DNA of 64,000 nt from Neoechinorhynchus agilis (taxonomy: Eukaryota > Animalia > Acanthocephala), in contig JBMGUZ010000005.1 in assembly GCA_051530055.1 (NCBI GenBank), positions 1 to 64,000 on the forward strand, in the 5' to 3' direction. Shown here piece by piece: positions 34,125 through 46,886 of the stretch; position 1 is the stretch's first letter, and each line of letters opens with the position of its first letter. The position numbers and the translations under genes are program-made. Under the pieces are notes generated by a model that saw nothing but the letters and a program-made list of their open reading frames with translations, did not search any database and was not told the DNA's origin.

Positions 34125-35395
34125 TCAAAAAAATAGAATTTTGCATCCGAATTTGGATTCAAATAACCTTTTGTCATCCGATTCGATGTCCGGAGAAAGA
34201 CCCGACACAATAAAAGTCGACATGTATAAAGAGTTCTCGAAGACAACACCCTGCTCGTTGAACGAATGCAGGAAAGTTTGATCGAGACGTCTGTTCGATT
34301 CATTTTTAAGGTAAACCTTAAGCTTGCACCCGAAGTATGTGAGCTTTAGGATACGTTGGATGTTGTCATTGAACGATCGGAGCCACGGAATGAGAAATTT
34401 TTTATACAAGGTTTCCCTTGGTTGAATTGGATGATATAGAGATGGAATATGGCCATCTCTTTATCGGACTCTCCAGAAAATTTGGAGTGACGGATTGTAT
34501 GCTGTCTGCTTTATCGATGGGAAGAGTTTGATTTTTTTGTTCCGGAGACAAAGGGGTCTTCAGAAAGTTGGGTGGCCGTACGCCACCCTCCGCCGCAACG
34601 TTCGGTTGCGAAAACATTGCTATTGCACTTTGTTGAATGCTTTGGGACGCGAATTGGCAATTTCGTGTTTCATCGATCAAAATCCAAAACCTGTGTAATT
34701 TGAGTCGACGGCGCGACCTTTATTGAACACTGTACCAATCAGACGGGAATTAAGATTTGAGAATTGAGCTCCTGAGTTTTTGAGGACTTCGTCTCCACCA
34801 ACAGCGTCCAACAGGCTCATTTTGACTAATCCTCTTAGGTCCTCCTCTTTGACCTCCTTAACAGAGTCAATCAGCTCCGACCAGCTCGTTCCACTAAATG
34901 TAGCAAACATCGCCCCGTTTTTCGTTCGATCAAGTTCTCCCATATACCTTTTCTCAATTTCACTTTTTCAGATACAGACATGTTGCTCATCATTGTTCAC
35001 TGTCAGATCGCTGGGTGTAAGGGACAAACTTAATGATGATATAAAACAAACCGGCTTGCTAGCAAAAACCTTAAAATAGAATACAGCGCTCACACTGAGT
35101 CAAAAAAATTGGCTGGGATTGTACATTCCGTAGTTGTGTCGATGTGGTCAAGTTGGCTCTCCTCGACTTTGATTGAAACGTCTTTGTTTGTAAACTTACT
35201 TCGCCCTTTATAAACCGTTCCGAACTTTTTACTGTAAATAACCGTCGCTATATCGTATTCCTCGCCCAGCCCAAATTTAATTTCTAACCTTCCATTTTTG
35301 CCTATTAAATGGTGAACCATTGTTCTCCCGATCGTTTTAAAATTCGAGCATCTTGGAGTTATAACATTGTGATGAATTTGCCGTGTCAATGACAT
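34125..35395 (-). pseudogene. degenerate CK1/TTBK-like kinase
   Basis: EYDIATVIYSKKFGTVYKG..TNKDVSIKVEE (N-lobe), GTSWSEL (cf. GPSLEDL), LIG...YTGFG (cf. IG...YLIDFG). Broken frames, no HRD. Confidence 0.4.
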
Positions 35396-35525
35396 GGCGA
35401 TTGTGTTGTACTGTGTTTAGGAGTTCATCTTTGGGCGATTTCGTTGCTTTGGTTATGCGTTCATCATTCGTCTCCGATGGATTTCACTGAGCCGATGATT
35501 ACTTTTCATATTGACGCTGCAAATC

Positions 35526-37147
35526 AGCGTATGATATGGCGAGTTTTGAAAAAGCTCATACTATATTTCGGAGCTACATACATAAATTCGCAAGGACCGG
35601 AAAGTAGTAGATTGTACAACTCTTGATCGCTCATCCACAATGCTAATGAATTCTTAGTCTTAGGCAGAGCTTCGTTCATATATCCATTCACATTGTTACA
35701 CTCATAACGGTCAGAATTACCCAATATTGCCCAAATCCGAGACACTAAGAAATTCGACCATATCACATCGAACGATTAATTCAACTTAAGTCTTACCCTT
35801 TCGAAGCTCAACTTATTGCGGAAACCTTAATCTGCCCGAACCACTCACGAGTAGAGGACGACACCTCGGATTGAGGCAGAAAGGGAAAATGACCCAATTA
35901 TCAATTTAGGTCTACAAACATTGGGTAAAATGATATTAATTTAGGCATGAGCCTTGGCGATAGCCGACACTCGTCGCATCCACGCAAGACTGTATTGCAA
36001 ATATAAATTTTATTAGCAACGTTAGACGTCTAAAATCCAATTAGTTAGGACGCAACGTAGTGACCAAAGTTTAAGTTTTGATGAAGTCCGATTTAAATCG
36101 GTTATAGAATTTGCTAGTTAAAAATCTCGTAGACTACTGGGATTTGGAATTAACTTTATTTCTCGTGAAAAATACTGAAGCCAATCCCCTGCACATATCT
36201 TTTGCTTTTCTTACTTAAAACAGCGCTTTAGAAAGGCCAACTAATTCTTTGGGTTCACTCGAATACGGACGTTTGCTGATAAATACCGTGATTTGCCGGA
36301 AAGCAAATCGAGTTGTTTACAAAACATTTCAATGTTACGCTCTAATTATTATTTTATGTTCCGCCAATTTTCCCGATTGATGGGTTCTTAGACTCACAAT
36401 CTCTCGCCGATGCATTTTTGTAATCCTTATTTGGTGCTATATCCGCCTTCAATGACAAACGTTACGATGTCGGAGGTCCTTACTCATCCGAGATCATACT
36501 TCCATCTTTGTGATCAACAATATTCATTTCAAGCGATGCCACAATTTAATTACGAAATCCAAGCGAATCAACAAAATTTTGAGCCAAGAGTCTTCAATGG
36601 GTTCGTGAATTCCAGTCTCATTGGACTTTGTTTGCAGTTTTATAAGGGTGTATTCGCCGATCTTTTGAAAAAGGAGGAACTTTGCATACATTATCTCCTT
36701 GAAGTTGCTCACAATTCTCGAATACTCGGTACGGCGGAAGGTAATAAAAATGCCGACATTATTACAAAATACGTTAACGACTACTGCGAACGGAGCGCAA
36801 ATCGCTTTAATGAAAATAATGACGAGAAACCAAGACGAAAAAAGCACCACAGTAGAAGACGCAATAGACAAGGACGGTCGACCGAGAGTGGAAATTGAAT
36901 GTAATACGGTAATCGATAGGCGTGATACTTTCATAATTTTTTCTAAAATAAAGCATAGTCGCAATTTGAGTATGTATGGCGGTACCATGTTGAAACATTT
37001 ATTTCGCAGACGACTCTCGGATGCTCGAATCAAGTAAGCATTGCACATGAGTATCTCGGCTCATCAAGTAAGATAAAAATTGAAATCGGTAAGCGTTAAC
37101 TAGGAAAAATGACACATACAAAAATCAAAGGTTAATATATCCTCCGC
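35526..37147 (+). repeat. segmental duplication A, copy 1 (direct copy at 46887-48511)
   Basis: Near-identical 1.62-kb sequences with shared ORFs. Confidence 0.95.
36410..36898 (+). CDS. unassigned 162-aa protein with basic C-terminus
   Basis: ATG-TGA ORF preserved in both duplicates (3-nt indel keeps frame); KPRRKKHHSRRRNR tail; no recognised domain. Confidence 0.4.
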   Translation: MHFCNPYLVLYPPSMTNVTMSEVLTHPRSYFHLCDQQYSFQAMPQFNYEIQANQQNFEPRVFNGFVNSSLIGLCLQFYKGVFADLLKKEELCIHYLLEVAHNSRILGTAEGNKNADIITKYVNDYCERSANRFNENNDEKPRRKKHHSRRRNRQGRSTESGN

Positions 37148-38599
37148 TTTCAGTCCCTAACTTTCTTTCACGATGGTCGGACTTGATGTTACTGATTCTT
37201 GTCGGTCACGTAAAAGAAGCAGCTCCGGCGGCCAGACAGCTACTGATAGCAGCCTGTCAACGCGGGGTCGGTGTGCTGCTCCACTTGGTTATGCGGCAGC
37301 GAACGGGAGCAACAAAATACACCAGTGCAACGGGAAAAAGCGAGTGCGTCGAAGCTCTCGCCGACGACTTGAGCGTCGAAATGAGCGAAACTGTCGCCGG
37401 AGGCAACGAAAGCGTCAGTCGAAGCTCATCACCGTAGTGGGTACAGACTGTTCAAGTGGCGCTGACAGCCGTGAGCCCTTTGGCCCAGCTATTTCAAATA
37501 GAGGAACACTCACATCCACCTTATGTCGAATTGCATGCTGCATCATACTCCGTTGATCCTCACTTCAATTTCCATTTTCTTATTCTTTGATCGATTTGGT
37601 TGATTTACCTTATCTATGCCGAACATATCGCTCTCGCTTTCTTCTCCTTTCCCCCTCCCCCGAGGATGTGTAAAAGTGAGCTCTGCTGTTTTTGCCCTAG
37701 AGCTTACAGAAATAACAACTACCGAATCTTTAAGAACGACCGATGTACCAATCGAGAAAATGGAAATTACGACTGAAGCTTCTAAGACGCCAATAGCCTT
37801 GGAACCTTGCCTTGTTGCTCAAAATGGTTCAGTATCGCGGAACTGGCATTGGTGCCTCTCCTTAGGGCTTATTTGCGTTCTTTGGTTCTTATTTCAAATT
37901 TGTTTGGTTGGCAAACATTCGGTGAGGGTAATTCTGTTAGCTTTCATATTAATCTCGTTTCTTCACCATGGAGCTAATGATTCAGCTTTCGTCGTGTAGA
38001 TACAAAAATTTAGGCCTCTGAACGGAGCTCCTTTTATGGGATTTAATAAAACTCCTTCACAATTTCCACCATAAACAAACATAACGATAAAAAACCGGAA
38101 GCAATAAATTATTTATCCAGTTCAAAAGATTTCACCATTAATTTTGGATCGTTAAACGGACGAAGAATATTGCACTGTTGTTCTATTTTATTTGCTGGTG
38201 TAAATGGGAAGAAAAAGTCAATAAAACCCGAAACGTCGAATTTGGCATAACGGCCCGTATTTACCCTTTAAACTTATTCGGCATTCAAAGAATAAAACAT
38301 CGATTCTCGCTTTGAAATTAGCCAAATGCAATGCGCCTGAATGTTACGTAAAGAACATAATTATGTTAAGGTTTGAACTGACAAAAAAATTAAAAATCAA
38401 AACGTAAACGCTTATTTCTTGGTTATTAGAATCTAAAAACGATTCCGAAGTTCTTCAAAAGCGCATACGACGACTAACAATAGGTTTTTAAAAAATAAAA
38501 AAAATGGATAATGCGTCCAAAATTCATATTTTTGAGAAGAAAGCAAGCGCTGAAAGTTTGAAAAGTTCACTAACAGTTAGTTTTCGACCACGATGTAAA

Positions 38600-39710
38600 G
38601 TCCGATAACGACAAACGTGGCAGCAATATTTCTGGACGATTTTAAAATACTTGTGGAAAAAACCATAGAACTGGGGTTGCAACTCAATTTCGCAAAGTGC
38701 CAAATTCTGCTGCTAAACATGAAGGGAAAAAACGAGTCAAATATATTGGATGAGTTTTCATCGGTTGCACTAGGAATAGAAACCATTAATCTTAGTAAGC
38801 TTCGTCTATTGGGATCTTGCGTGATGAAGGAGAATCTGCCAAAGGATATTGAAACGACCGCTTCAGAGCTAAAGCTGATATGCAAGAGAACATCGGATTT
38901 GAAGAGCCATGAAGCAATCTTTTTGGTAAAGAACTGCCTCTTCATGCCTAAGCTCCTGCACAAACTAAGGACTGTTCCTGCCTTCGACAACACGGACGAC
39001 CTCGATAAATTGGACTGCCTATTGCGCGATGAGCTGGAGAAAATGCTAAACATCGCCTTTGACGATACATCATGGAGACAAGCTACATTACCGACATTAA
39101 GTGGGGGTTCCGGACTACTACAGACTAAAGATGTCGCTTTACCGGTTTTCCTTGCCTCCATTTGTGCTAGTCTTAAGTACTCAACTAATATTTTTCCTGA
39201 GGTCAACGCGGAGCATTTCGATCGAGCCTTTGTGAAATTGGACAACATTAAGCTGGCAAACACAGATACCTAGAGAAAGCAACGAACCGCAAGCGTAAGA
39301 TTCTCCACTCGTTCATCGGGTTCAATCTCAATTACAAGACAAGATAGATGAAATGGCTGGGATCCGTCTCGCTGCTTGTTCGACCAATGAATCTGGAGCC
39401 TGGTTTGATGCTCTACCATCCTCAAATTTGGGCACTTTGCTGGATGATGAGACCTTCCGTATTGCTTACTGTCTCAGATTCGGAATGGACATTTGCGTCG
39501 CTCATAAATGTCGATGTGGTGTCACAGTGGACAGCAAGGGACTCCCATGTAAACGGTCCCCAGGACGTTTTCCCCGCTATGCTGAAATCAATGCCATCAT
39601 AAGTCGAGCGCTGAGATCGATTCATGTGCCCTGCATCCTAGAGCCAAATAATCTCACGCAGCCCACCGATATAAACCGTAAAAAGGCCCCACATAAATAC
39701 TGGATATAAG
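38600..39710 (+). mobile_element. decayed CRE-like RLE non-LTR retrotransposon
   Basis: IFLDD, HEAIFLVKNCLFMPKLLHKLRT, WRQATLP..GGSG, ESGAWF..LP, CRCG...GRFPRYAEIN. Confidence 0.85.
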
Positions 39711-40146
39711 TTACCGGCTGACCAGCCTTCAAAAAAATAAAATAATTGCAGTATCTATGATAAGGGGACACAAGATTTTCTAACGGTTCTACAAAAATTT
39801 AATTTTTAAATTACTTGACATTCCGCGCACGTTTTGTTATAAAAAGGCAACGCCGTCCTCCAAGCACGACAAAGCTGTAAATTAGAATTACTTTGTTCTA
39901 CATCTTAATTTATCATTTGATACGTTTTAATCATTTGCAACTATAATTGTGATCGTATAATTTTTACAGCCTTTTAAAATTACACAAACAATATTGTAAT
40001 ATTTCCAATATTTTGTACCATGGTCAACCTATAAACGTCGAATAAAAACTATTTAATATAAATTATTTTTTAAAGATGACCGGATCGTTTGGTAATTCTT
40101 GATCATTAAATCACTTTAAGTATTACCAGTAAATAAGGATAGGACG

Positions 40147-40468
40147 ATGCTTGAAATCTCCATTCAACACTTTAGGGCATCGAATACGAATTTTGATGGT
40201 AGCAATAATATCTCCCTGAGCTTTTTATTGCTCATCCATCCTTTCATTCTTCGAACAAAAAGTCTCTATCGATTTTTAATAAAATGCTGTCCAACGACCG
40301 TAGAAAAAGATTTTCAAGCTTTCGTGCTTCGCTGTGAAATATTCTGATGTCTAAAAAAGCGGTATTGTAGTTATTTATCATTGACCTGAAATGACCTGAA
40401 GAATATAGTTAACTCTTTTTATTGCCTCGAAAAAGCATAGGCGTGGTATATTAAGTAGAGTTTGCGAT
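40147..40468 (+). repeat. dispersed ~330-bp repeat (second copy 43502-43851)
   Basis: Direct alignment; paralogous track ORFs MLEISIQHFRASN / MLETSIHHDRASN. Confidence 0.85.
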
Positions 40469-41559
40469 GGAAACTCTTGACTATTTTAACGACTTTTATA
40501 TTTCACTTCCTTTGGTTTTTAGCAAAGATTCAAATAGACTTCTATTGAAGGGTAAAAATTAAGTATAATTTTAGTCTTTTAAGCTCTGTTGGATTCGTCG
40601 CAACTTTCAAAGTAAGGTGTTTATTGACGAGATCATAGATAGCGAAGAGCGCAAGAAGTTTTTCTCCGTGAGTTAAGGTAAGGCTCACTTTTCAAAGAAC
40701 ATCAAAAGAGTATCGATTTTCGCTAACGAACTCTCACTGCGAAAAACAGCTTTCTAACTTTCACTTCAATCTCGAAACAATTTACAGTAAGTTGCGGCCT
40801 CAGGCCAAAGCCCAATGACGAGTACAGTGTCCGCTCGGACGCTTCAGAGGGCAACGGAAAAAATTAAAGAAAATTTTCGTATTCATCGATGAAGATTTCT
40901 GTTTGTTTCAATTCCACAATTCTGGATGAAAACGGACAGTGAAGATGTCAATGTGACCGCGAAGCATCGACATCCTGAAGGAAATGAATTCATATTTCCA
41001 AAAACCAATTCTAGCGTTTTTGCAAAAGGTTTTATGACTTTAGCTTTTCGCTAGAAAGATTACATTAACGTTTCATTTGACTTTGTTTCTTCAACAAACT
41101 CTAAAGGCCTATACAATTTAGTGCTAAAGTTATTTATTGCTGTTAAAAACTACATTATTTCAACCGGTCGAACACTTTTTAGTGTACCCATGAACTAAAA
41201 GTTATGCCAATTTGAACGCATTATTAAAATAACGCGTAATGTTCCTTCTACAAATCGAAACCTAATCAACAACAAATCAATATTTTTGCATTTTTTCATA
41301 TCGACCAGAAATTAATGTTAAGACGATGGGGAATTTACTTTCGCGACATTAAGTGCGGAAAACGTTATTGCAGATGAGGAGGTCAGATTTTATTGAAAAT
41401 CGCGAAATCGAATAGTTTTGGGAAGCAATGTCATGAACAATTTTAATTATTTTATTTTGTGTCCGGGTAGCCATTACTCCTGAATACTAAAATATCATGT
41501 CCTGCCGCCTGTTTTGTCAGTCGCATGTTTTTATTATTATATTCAGTTTTCCCTTGACA

Positions 41560-41911
41560 AACAACGACGACCGATTTATTGTTTTTTGCTCAAGCTTTAA
41601 CCGTTTAACGGCTTCTTCAGGGGGCTTTTACAATATGTTGAGGGGAGAAAAGGTCAAAGCAAGTTCATCGAGGCAGAAAGTTCATCCCTCTTGTTGATGA
41701 GCTGGCTGGTCGTCCCCTCGCCATTCACATTCACACCGGTCACGCCCCTTAACTTCCGCGAAATCGGGAGCGCTTCCGCGATCGACAGCTCCAGTGGATC
41801 GCGCGCAATGTACCTGATTTGCGTGGAGAATCGGACCTCTCGGCCACACAGCTTGTCGTCTCCATTGCATCCCCTCCCGTCCACCTTCCCACCTTGCGAG
41901 TACCTGCACAT
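41560..41911 (-). mobile_element. Penelope-like 3' remnant (GIY-YIG C-terminus, hammerhead-like motif, AATAAA)
   Basis: LSIAEAL.I...VNVNGEG resembles the PLE endonuclease C-terminus; hammerhead-like motif at 41589-41623 followed by AATAAA. Confidence 0.55.
41589..41623 (-). ncRNA. degenerate minimal hammerhead motif (G12 mutated)
   Basis: CTGAAGA-A-G-CCGT-TAA-ACGG-T-(T)AAA-GCT-T; same family as 50739-50773. Confidence 0.5.
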
Positions 41912-42389
41912 TAAGCAAGATCTCGGACACTCTCCTGGCGATTCGTGATGCTCCGTGCTTGTTAGAAGTAATTAACAAATTCTCTTAATTTTTAAGCAAT
42001 AAACAAACATTTTTTGAACATTGAACTTTTATCTTGCCTTCCAGCTTTCTCATTCTAATATCCTAATACACGAAATCGAAGTTAACATTTTCCAATCATT
42101 CTCCATGACGCAGAAATGTCGCAAACTGCGGAGAAATCGACAATGACTACCGTACATGAAAATTGAAGGACAAAGTTAAAAAAATCCCTCACTTTTTTTC
42201 GAACTTTAACAGCATAAGAAAAAAATTTTCATATAAATTTTTTTGAGATAACCGGATCGTTTGGTAATTCTTGATCATTAAGTAACTGATATTGTAATAT
42301 CTCCAATATTTTATATCGTAGTCAAACTAAAAAACGTCGAATAGAAACTATTTACGTTTTGTAAGAAAAATGTTTCATATAATAATAAC

Positions 42390-43400
42390 AACACGTTTTA
42401 TTAAAGCCAAAAGAATAGAATCTATATACCTTCGGGTCCTCATGAACACTCGAGTTCTGATTTTTTAATGAATGTGGCAGTTGATTTTGGAATCTCTAAC
42501 AGGTCTGGTCGGGCGGGGAAATACTTCATCAGGTTAGGAAGGTTGGTGGTTGAAAATACAAAAGGTTAGGGGGGTCCATGTACCTTTGGTTCCTCATCCG
42601 TTAATATGGTATATGCAGTCGAGGGGTGTCCGTTCGGGAGGTAATATCTGATCGGAGGGATGTCTATTCGGGTTGGAACTATCTAGTCGGAGACGGTTCG
42701 TTCGGGTGGGGATGTGTCCGTTCGATTGAAAATATCCGGTTATGTTGAAGATCTGTTCTGGTGGGAATTGGAGTTTATTGCTTGCAGAAGCGCTTGTACG
42801 GTTGGCTTTTCCTAAGGTTCATTTCGGGTTATGATATCCGAGAAGATTGGCAGCATGGAAAAAGGAGCGTCGATATAGTGAGGTGCGAGGTATTGGAGGG
42901 TGAAACGAATTAGGATAACGAGTGTTGTGCTCGCGTGAAAATGGGGCGATATGTGGAAGAAATTTTGGTGGTAGGATCGAGAGGCGTTTTGTTCGTTTTA
43001 TGAAATAGCATCAAATCATTTGGTGAGTAGGGGAAAGTAAGTTGTGCAAATTTTAGATGCTCTTTTGTGAAGAATTTCAAGACGGTAGATTAGCGATTTG
43101 GAAAGGTAGTAAAATACGGGGTAACCGTAGGTGAGGAATGGTAAGATAAAGAAGAAGTAAAATTTGTAGAGGTCGAGTGAAGGTATTCCTAAATGTCGGA
43201 GGCGTTTGAGGAGATAAATTTTAAGGGTCTTCAGCTTGAGGGAGAGAATGATGTACGAATCCCATTCCAAATTTGATTGAAATTGGATACCCGGAATTCT
43301 TAGGTACGTTTCTCATAGGATGTCATTTAGAAGCTCAGGGGACGATGTGGGGTTGCGGGAGAGAGGGGATCATTTCGACGCATTTGGAGAAATTGAGATG
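42390..43400 (-). mobile_element. L2/CR1-type LINE 3' fragment
   Basis: LKRLR...LYKFYFFFILPFLTYG..VF...LEILHKRASKI, then HNTR...PRT..YRRSFF; AATAAA near the 3' end. Confidence 0.8.
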
Positions 43401-44238
43401 GAATTTGTGATTAGTGCAGAAAATCTGGGTCGGAAGCCAAATTGCAGGGGCGATAATTTTTCGGGAGAAGTGAAAGGGGGCTGGTAAAAAGGGACACGGT
43501 TATGCTCGAAACCTCCATTCATCACGATAGGGCATCGAATGCGAATTTTGATGGTAGCAATAATATTTTCCAGCCATTGTTTTTGGAAAAAGCTTCTTAT
43601 TGCTCATCCATCATTTCATTCTTCGAACAAGAAGTCTATCGATTTTTAATAAAATGCTGTCCAACGACCGTAGAAACAGATTTTCAAGCTTTGGTGTTTC
43701 GCTGTGAAATATTCTGATATGTCTAAAAAAGCGGCCTTGTAGTTATTTTCCTTAAAAGACCATTGGCCTGAAATGACCTGAAGAATATCGTTAACTCTTT
43801 TTATTGCCTCAAAAAAGCATAAGCGTTGTATACTAAGTAGAGTTTGCGATGAGGCATCATATTGCTTATAGCAGAGCTCTTCCCGAACCTGTCGCGATCC
43901 TTCCACTAAGGCAATCGAAATCGGAAGACCATTTTTTCGAGATTTTAGAAGAAGTTTGATCTTAATGTCAAAACGACGCTCAAATTCGTTTCTAGTCCCA
44001 TCGCTGATTGTGGGCTTAACGCCACTAGCCCAAAATTAAACCTTCTGATACGATTTAGATATTTGAAAGATTTCATTGGACAAGTGAGACTGCGAACAAT
44101 TCCAATTTATTGAGCCACTTCTGATCTCTAAGATAAATCCTTAATGTTCCACCGAAATAGGTTACTCCATCTATGTGCTTTATTTCTTCGTTATGGAATG
44201 ATCGAATGCAAGGAGTTAGAGATTGTGAAATTATCGCA

Positions 44239-44655
44239 AGATGCCAGCAGGCCCGCGTTCAACCAAGCATCTGATTCTCTAGTGGAGACTGCCAACAACC
44301 TGGCACGGACAACGTCGTCGCTCTAATCTGATAAGAGAGCTTTGAACTCTTGCGACGAGAGGTCGATCCAACACAGATTGCTTTTGGCCATTCACAGGTA
44401 TTTGATCGGAGTTAGTCAGTGTACACCACTCACTGATTCCCTCTTCAAAATGCCTATCAAGACGATACGTATCTTTCAAAATGCGCTGAACTGCGCTTCT
44501 GCTTCCCTCGTTGGAGTCGAAAAGTGCGGGCGGATGCCCAAACGGCCAGAAGATACAAGCAAAGATGCTTGTCGCCATACTTCTTCTGACAGCTGGAAAT
44601 TTAAAACTTGCTTGAGACGGTCTTTCAATCTGTCATCTATCTTGCGTAGCTGAAC
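44239..44655 (-). mobile_element. CRE-like fragment
   Basis: QLSEEVWRQASL..SSG.LGIR ... ARLLAVSTRES.AWLNA. Confidence 0.8.
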
Positions 44656-44658
44656 CTT

Positions 44659-45060
44659 GTGCTTGAAAAACGGACAACGATGCTCTCTATGTCCTTCCTA
44701 ATCAAATGGACATTGTTTGCGATTTTTATGGCTCGTTTGAAGATGTTTCCTGCAAACCTACAAAGCAGGTTGATAAAAGAGGCTTTGCTCATTGGCATGG
44801 AGGACACAATGGAAGGGAACAAGAGCAATCATGCTCTAAGACTTCCAACGAGGAATCTCCATGGGTCGTCCGCGCAGGGGATGAAACATCACCTCGGGAA
44901 TCGACGGTCCAGCGCACCCGAGTCAAGGCAACCAACTTAGGTACCCCCACCACATCCATTTTTAGATGCTTGAGAAGGAGGCTGAGGCTTTGAAAATTCG
45001 CAATGAAGAGTAAAATAAAGCTCGAGTGTGTTACAATTCGCCATTGAGAATAAGTTTTCA
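44659..45060 (+). mobile_element. Penelope-like 3' remnant
   Basis: SRLIKEALLI...MEGNKSNHALRLP matches the endonuclease C-terminus at 29987; hammerhead and AATAAA follow. Confidence 0.7.
44967..45002 (+). ncRNA. minimal hammerhead variant (U3:A8 core)
   Basis: TGC-TTGAGAA-G-GAGGC-TGAG-GCTTT-GAAA-ATT-C-GCA; palindromic AATT; 3-bp stem I. Confidence 0.55.
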
Positions 45061-45737
45061 TGTGATTGGTTTATTAAAACTAAAGTATTTGTAATTTTAT
45101 AATCTCATTGGATGGTGTAATTTTTAACAATTCGTTTAAAAATATACATTCGTATGATATATTTCCCGAGATAACGGTGGGCTGGGTTCTACATGTTATT
45201 GTTTAATTTTTATGAATTTTTAGTACCTTTCCAGGTCGACAATCGAAGGCTCCTGAAGATTTTCTATTAGTACGCAAAATGACTCAGACTACTTTGTTGC
45301 AATTTTTAGCTTCAATTCAGTATCATTAACCCCGTCTCCCGACGTATCGTTGATCTGTACGAAATGCAGTCGAAATGGAAATAACCCTTCAATCGTTCAT
45401 CTTTGGCAATAACGTGGACAACATCTTCTATAAGCAGTTTCAATTACCACTGAATGATGAAAATGCTGCGTTTCATAAACTGTACTATCAAGTGGCTTAA
45501 TTTCTAAAAGACCATATCAGTTTATTCGATTTCCACTCTACAGGACGATGCAACTCAAATTTTAACGCCTATTTAACTAACCAGAAGGATAGTGGTTTGA
45601 CGGTATACCAATTTATAAATTGAGCGTGGATGCGACGTCCAAATGACTTTGTACACAGGCGTTTTCAATCTATTAAGACAGGTTGATTTTTGCCGAAATT
45701 GAAAATTTCTTGATGATAATACGACTAAATACGAAAT

Positions 45738-46520
45738 TTACTTCCCTTTAATGGCAAACATTCCTGGGAACAACTTCCACCAGTCAATAACTTCAAAGAA
45801 CTTATGAGCCTTTACCAGATCAGTTCCACTTTTTCCGCATCCATATCGCTTATCTGGATTGAGTTTCAATAGTCGACTTAAGAGATAGTTAAGCTCGGCT
45901 GAGAAATGGTCAGGAACTTTAAACCTTCCGGATTGAACTTTCGCCAAAATTCTCGCTTCATCTGATGCCACAAAGGGCGTGTATGCTACATCGAGATCGT
46001 TGGCCAAAACCCCGAGTGCTCATCAATCTCAACTTGAGGGTTTATTTAAGCCGTCCGATCACTTTTGGAGCCATTTATTCTGCAGTTCCACAAGCATTCA
46101 TCGTATTCCCGTTTAAGAATTTAGCGAATCCGAAGTCGCTTACTTTTACTTTGCCGTTGTCTTGGACCAAAATATTCTTAGGCTTTATTTCTCTGCGAGC
46201 AACCTTAATCCGATGCAAATAATCAGAAACGACGACAATTTGAGCTATGATAAATCTATTTTATTCTTCACTAAATCGTCGTTTTGCACGCAAATGTTCA
46301 TACAAATCTCCGGTTGGCATTAATTTGATCACAATGTACAAATTGCTGTTATACTTATACGATCCCTAGAAATCCACAATATTTTAAAGAAATATATTAC
46401 TCAGCATTGCCTTTTCGTCAACTGTTCGCTTTGTTTGTCTAGTTTTTAAGAAATGGAGCTTTTCATATATTTTTAACGCAAAATGATCGTGATGTGAGTT
46501 TCATCAAAAACCTTCTTTGG
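45738..46520 (-). pseudogene. PKA catalytic subunit-like kinase pseudogene (copy 1)
   Basis: EIKPKNIL, DFGFAK, CGT, GYTPF, KVQSG.FKVP..FS.EL..LLK....RYG; disrupted frames. Confidence 0.85.
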
Positions 46521-46886
46521 ATGGTCATTGAATGAATCAAAAGAATCAATTTTTGTTTCGTCAGAGGGACGAAAACGAAAGAATGCTAAAGACATGGATT
46601 TTGATATAAACATTTAATTTAAGTTAATTTTTTTGAGCTCGCTGATCTGTTGCCTTGTCTATGCGAGTAAATCAAATGTCGAGATGTTCAATGCGTTGCG
46701 GAAAGTTGTCTTGGGCAAATTAAAGGTTTGTCCATAGTTTTCTATACGAATATTTAATAGTCCAACTCAAATCAATTAACTTGCTAATTCGTTGCAATCG
46801 TGGTGTTAATATATATTGATTTATTGTGTGAATATGATTATCCATTTATCCCAATATAATAATAAGATCCGTTGGAGAATCGTCAG

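Larger units (their letters stand above)
44239..46871. repeat. segmental duplication B, copy 1 (inverted copy at 57529-59848)
   Basis: Reverse-complement identity across a CRE fragment, a PLE 3' end and a kinase pseudogene; each copy has private indels. Confidence 0.93.
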
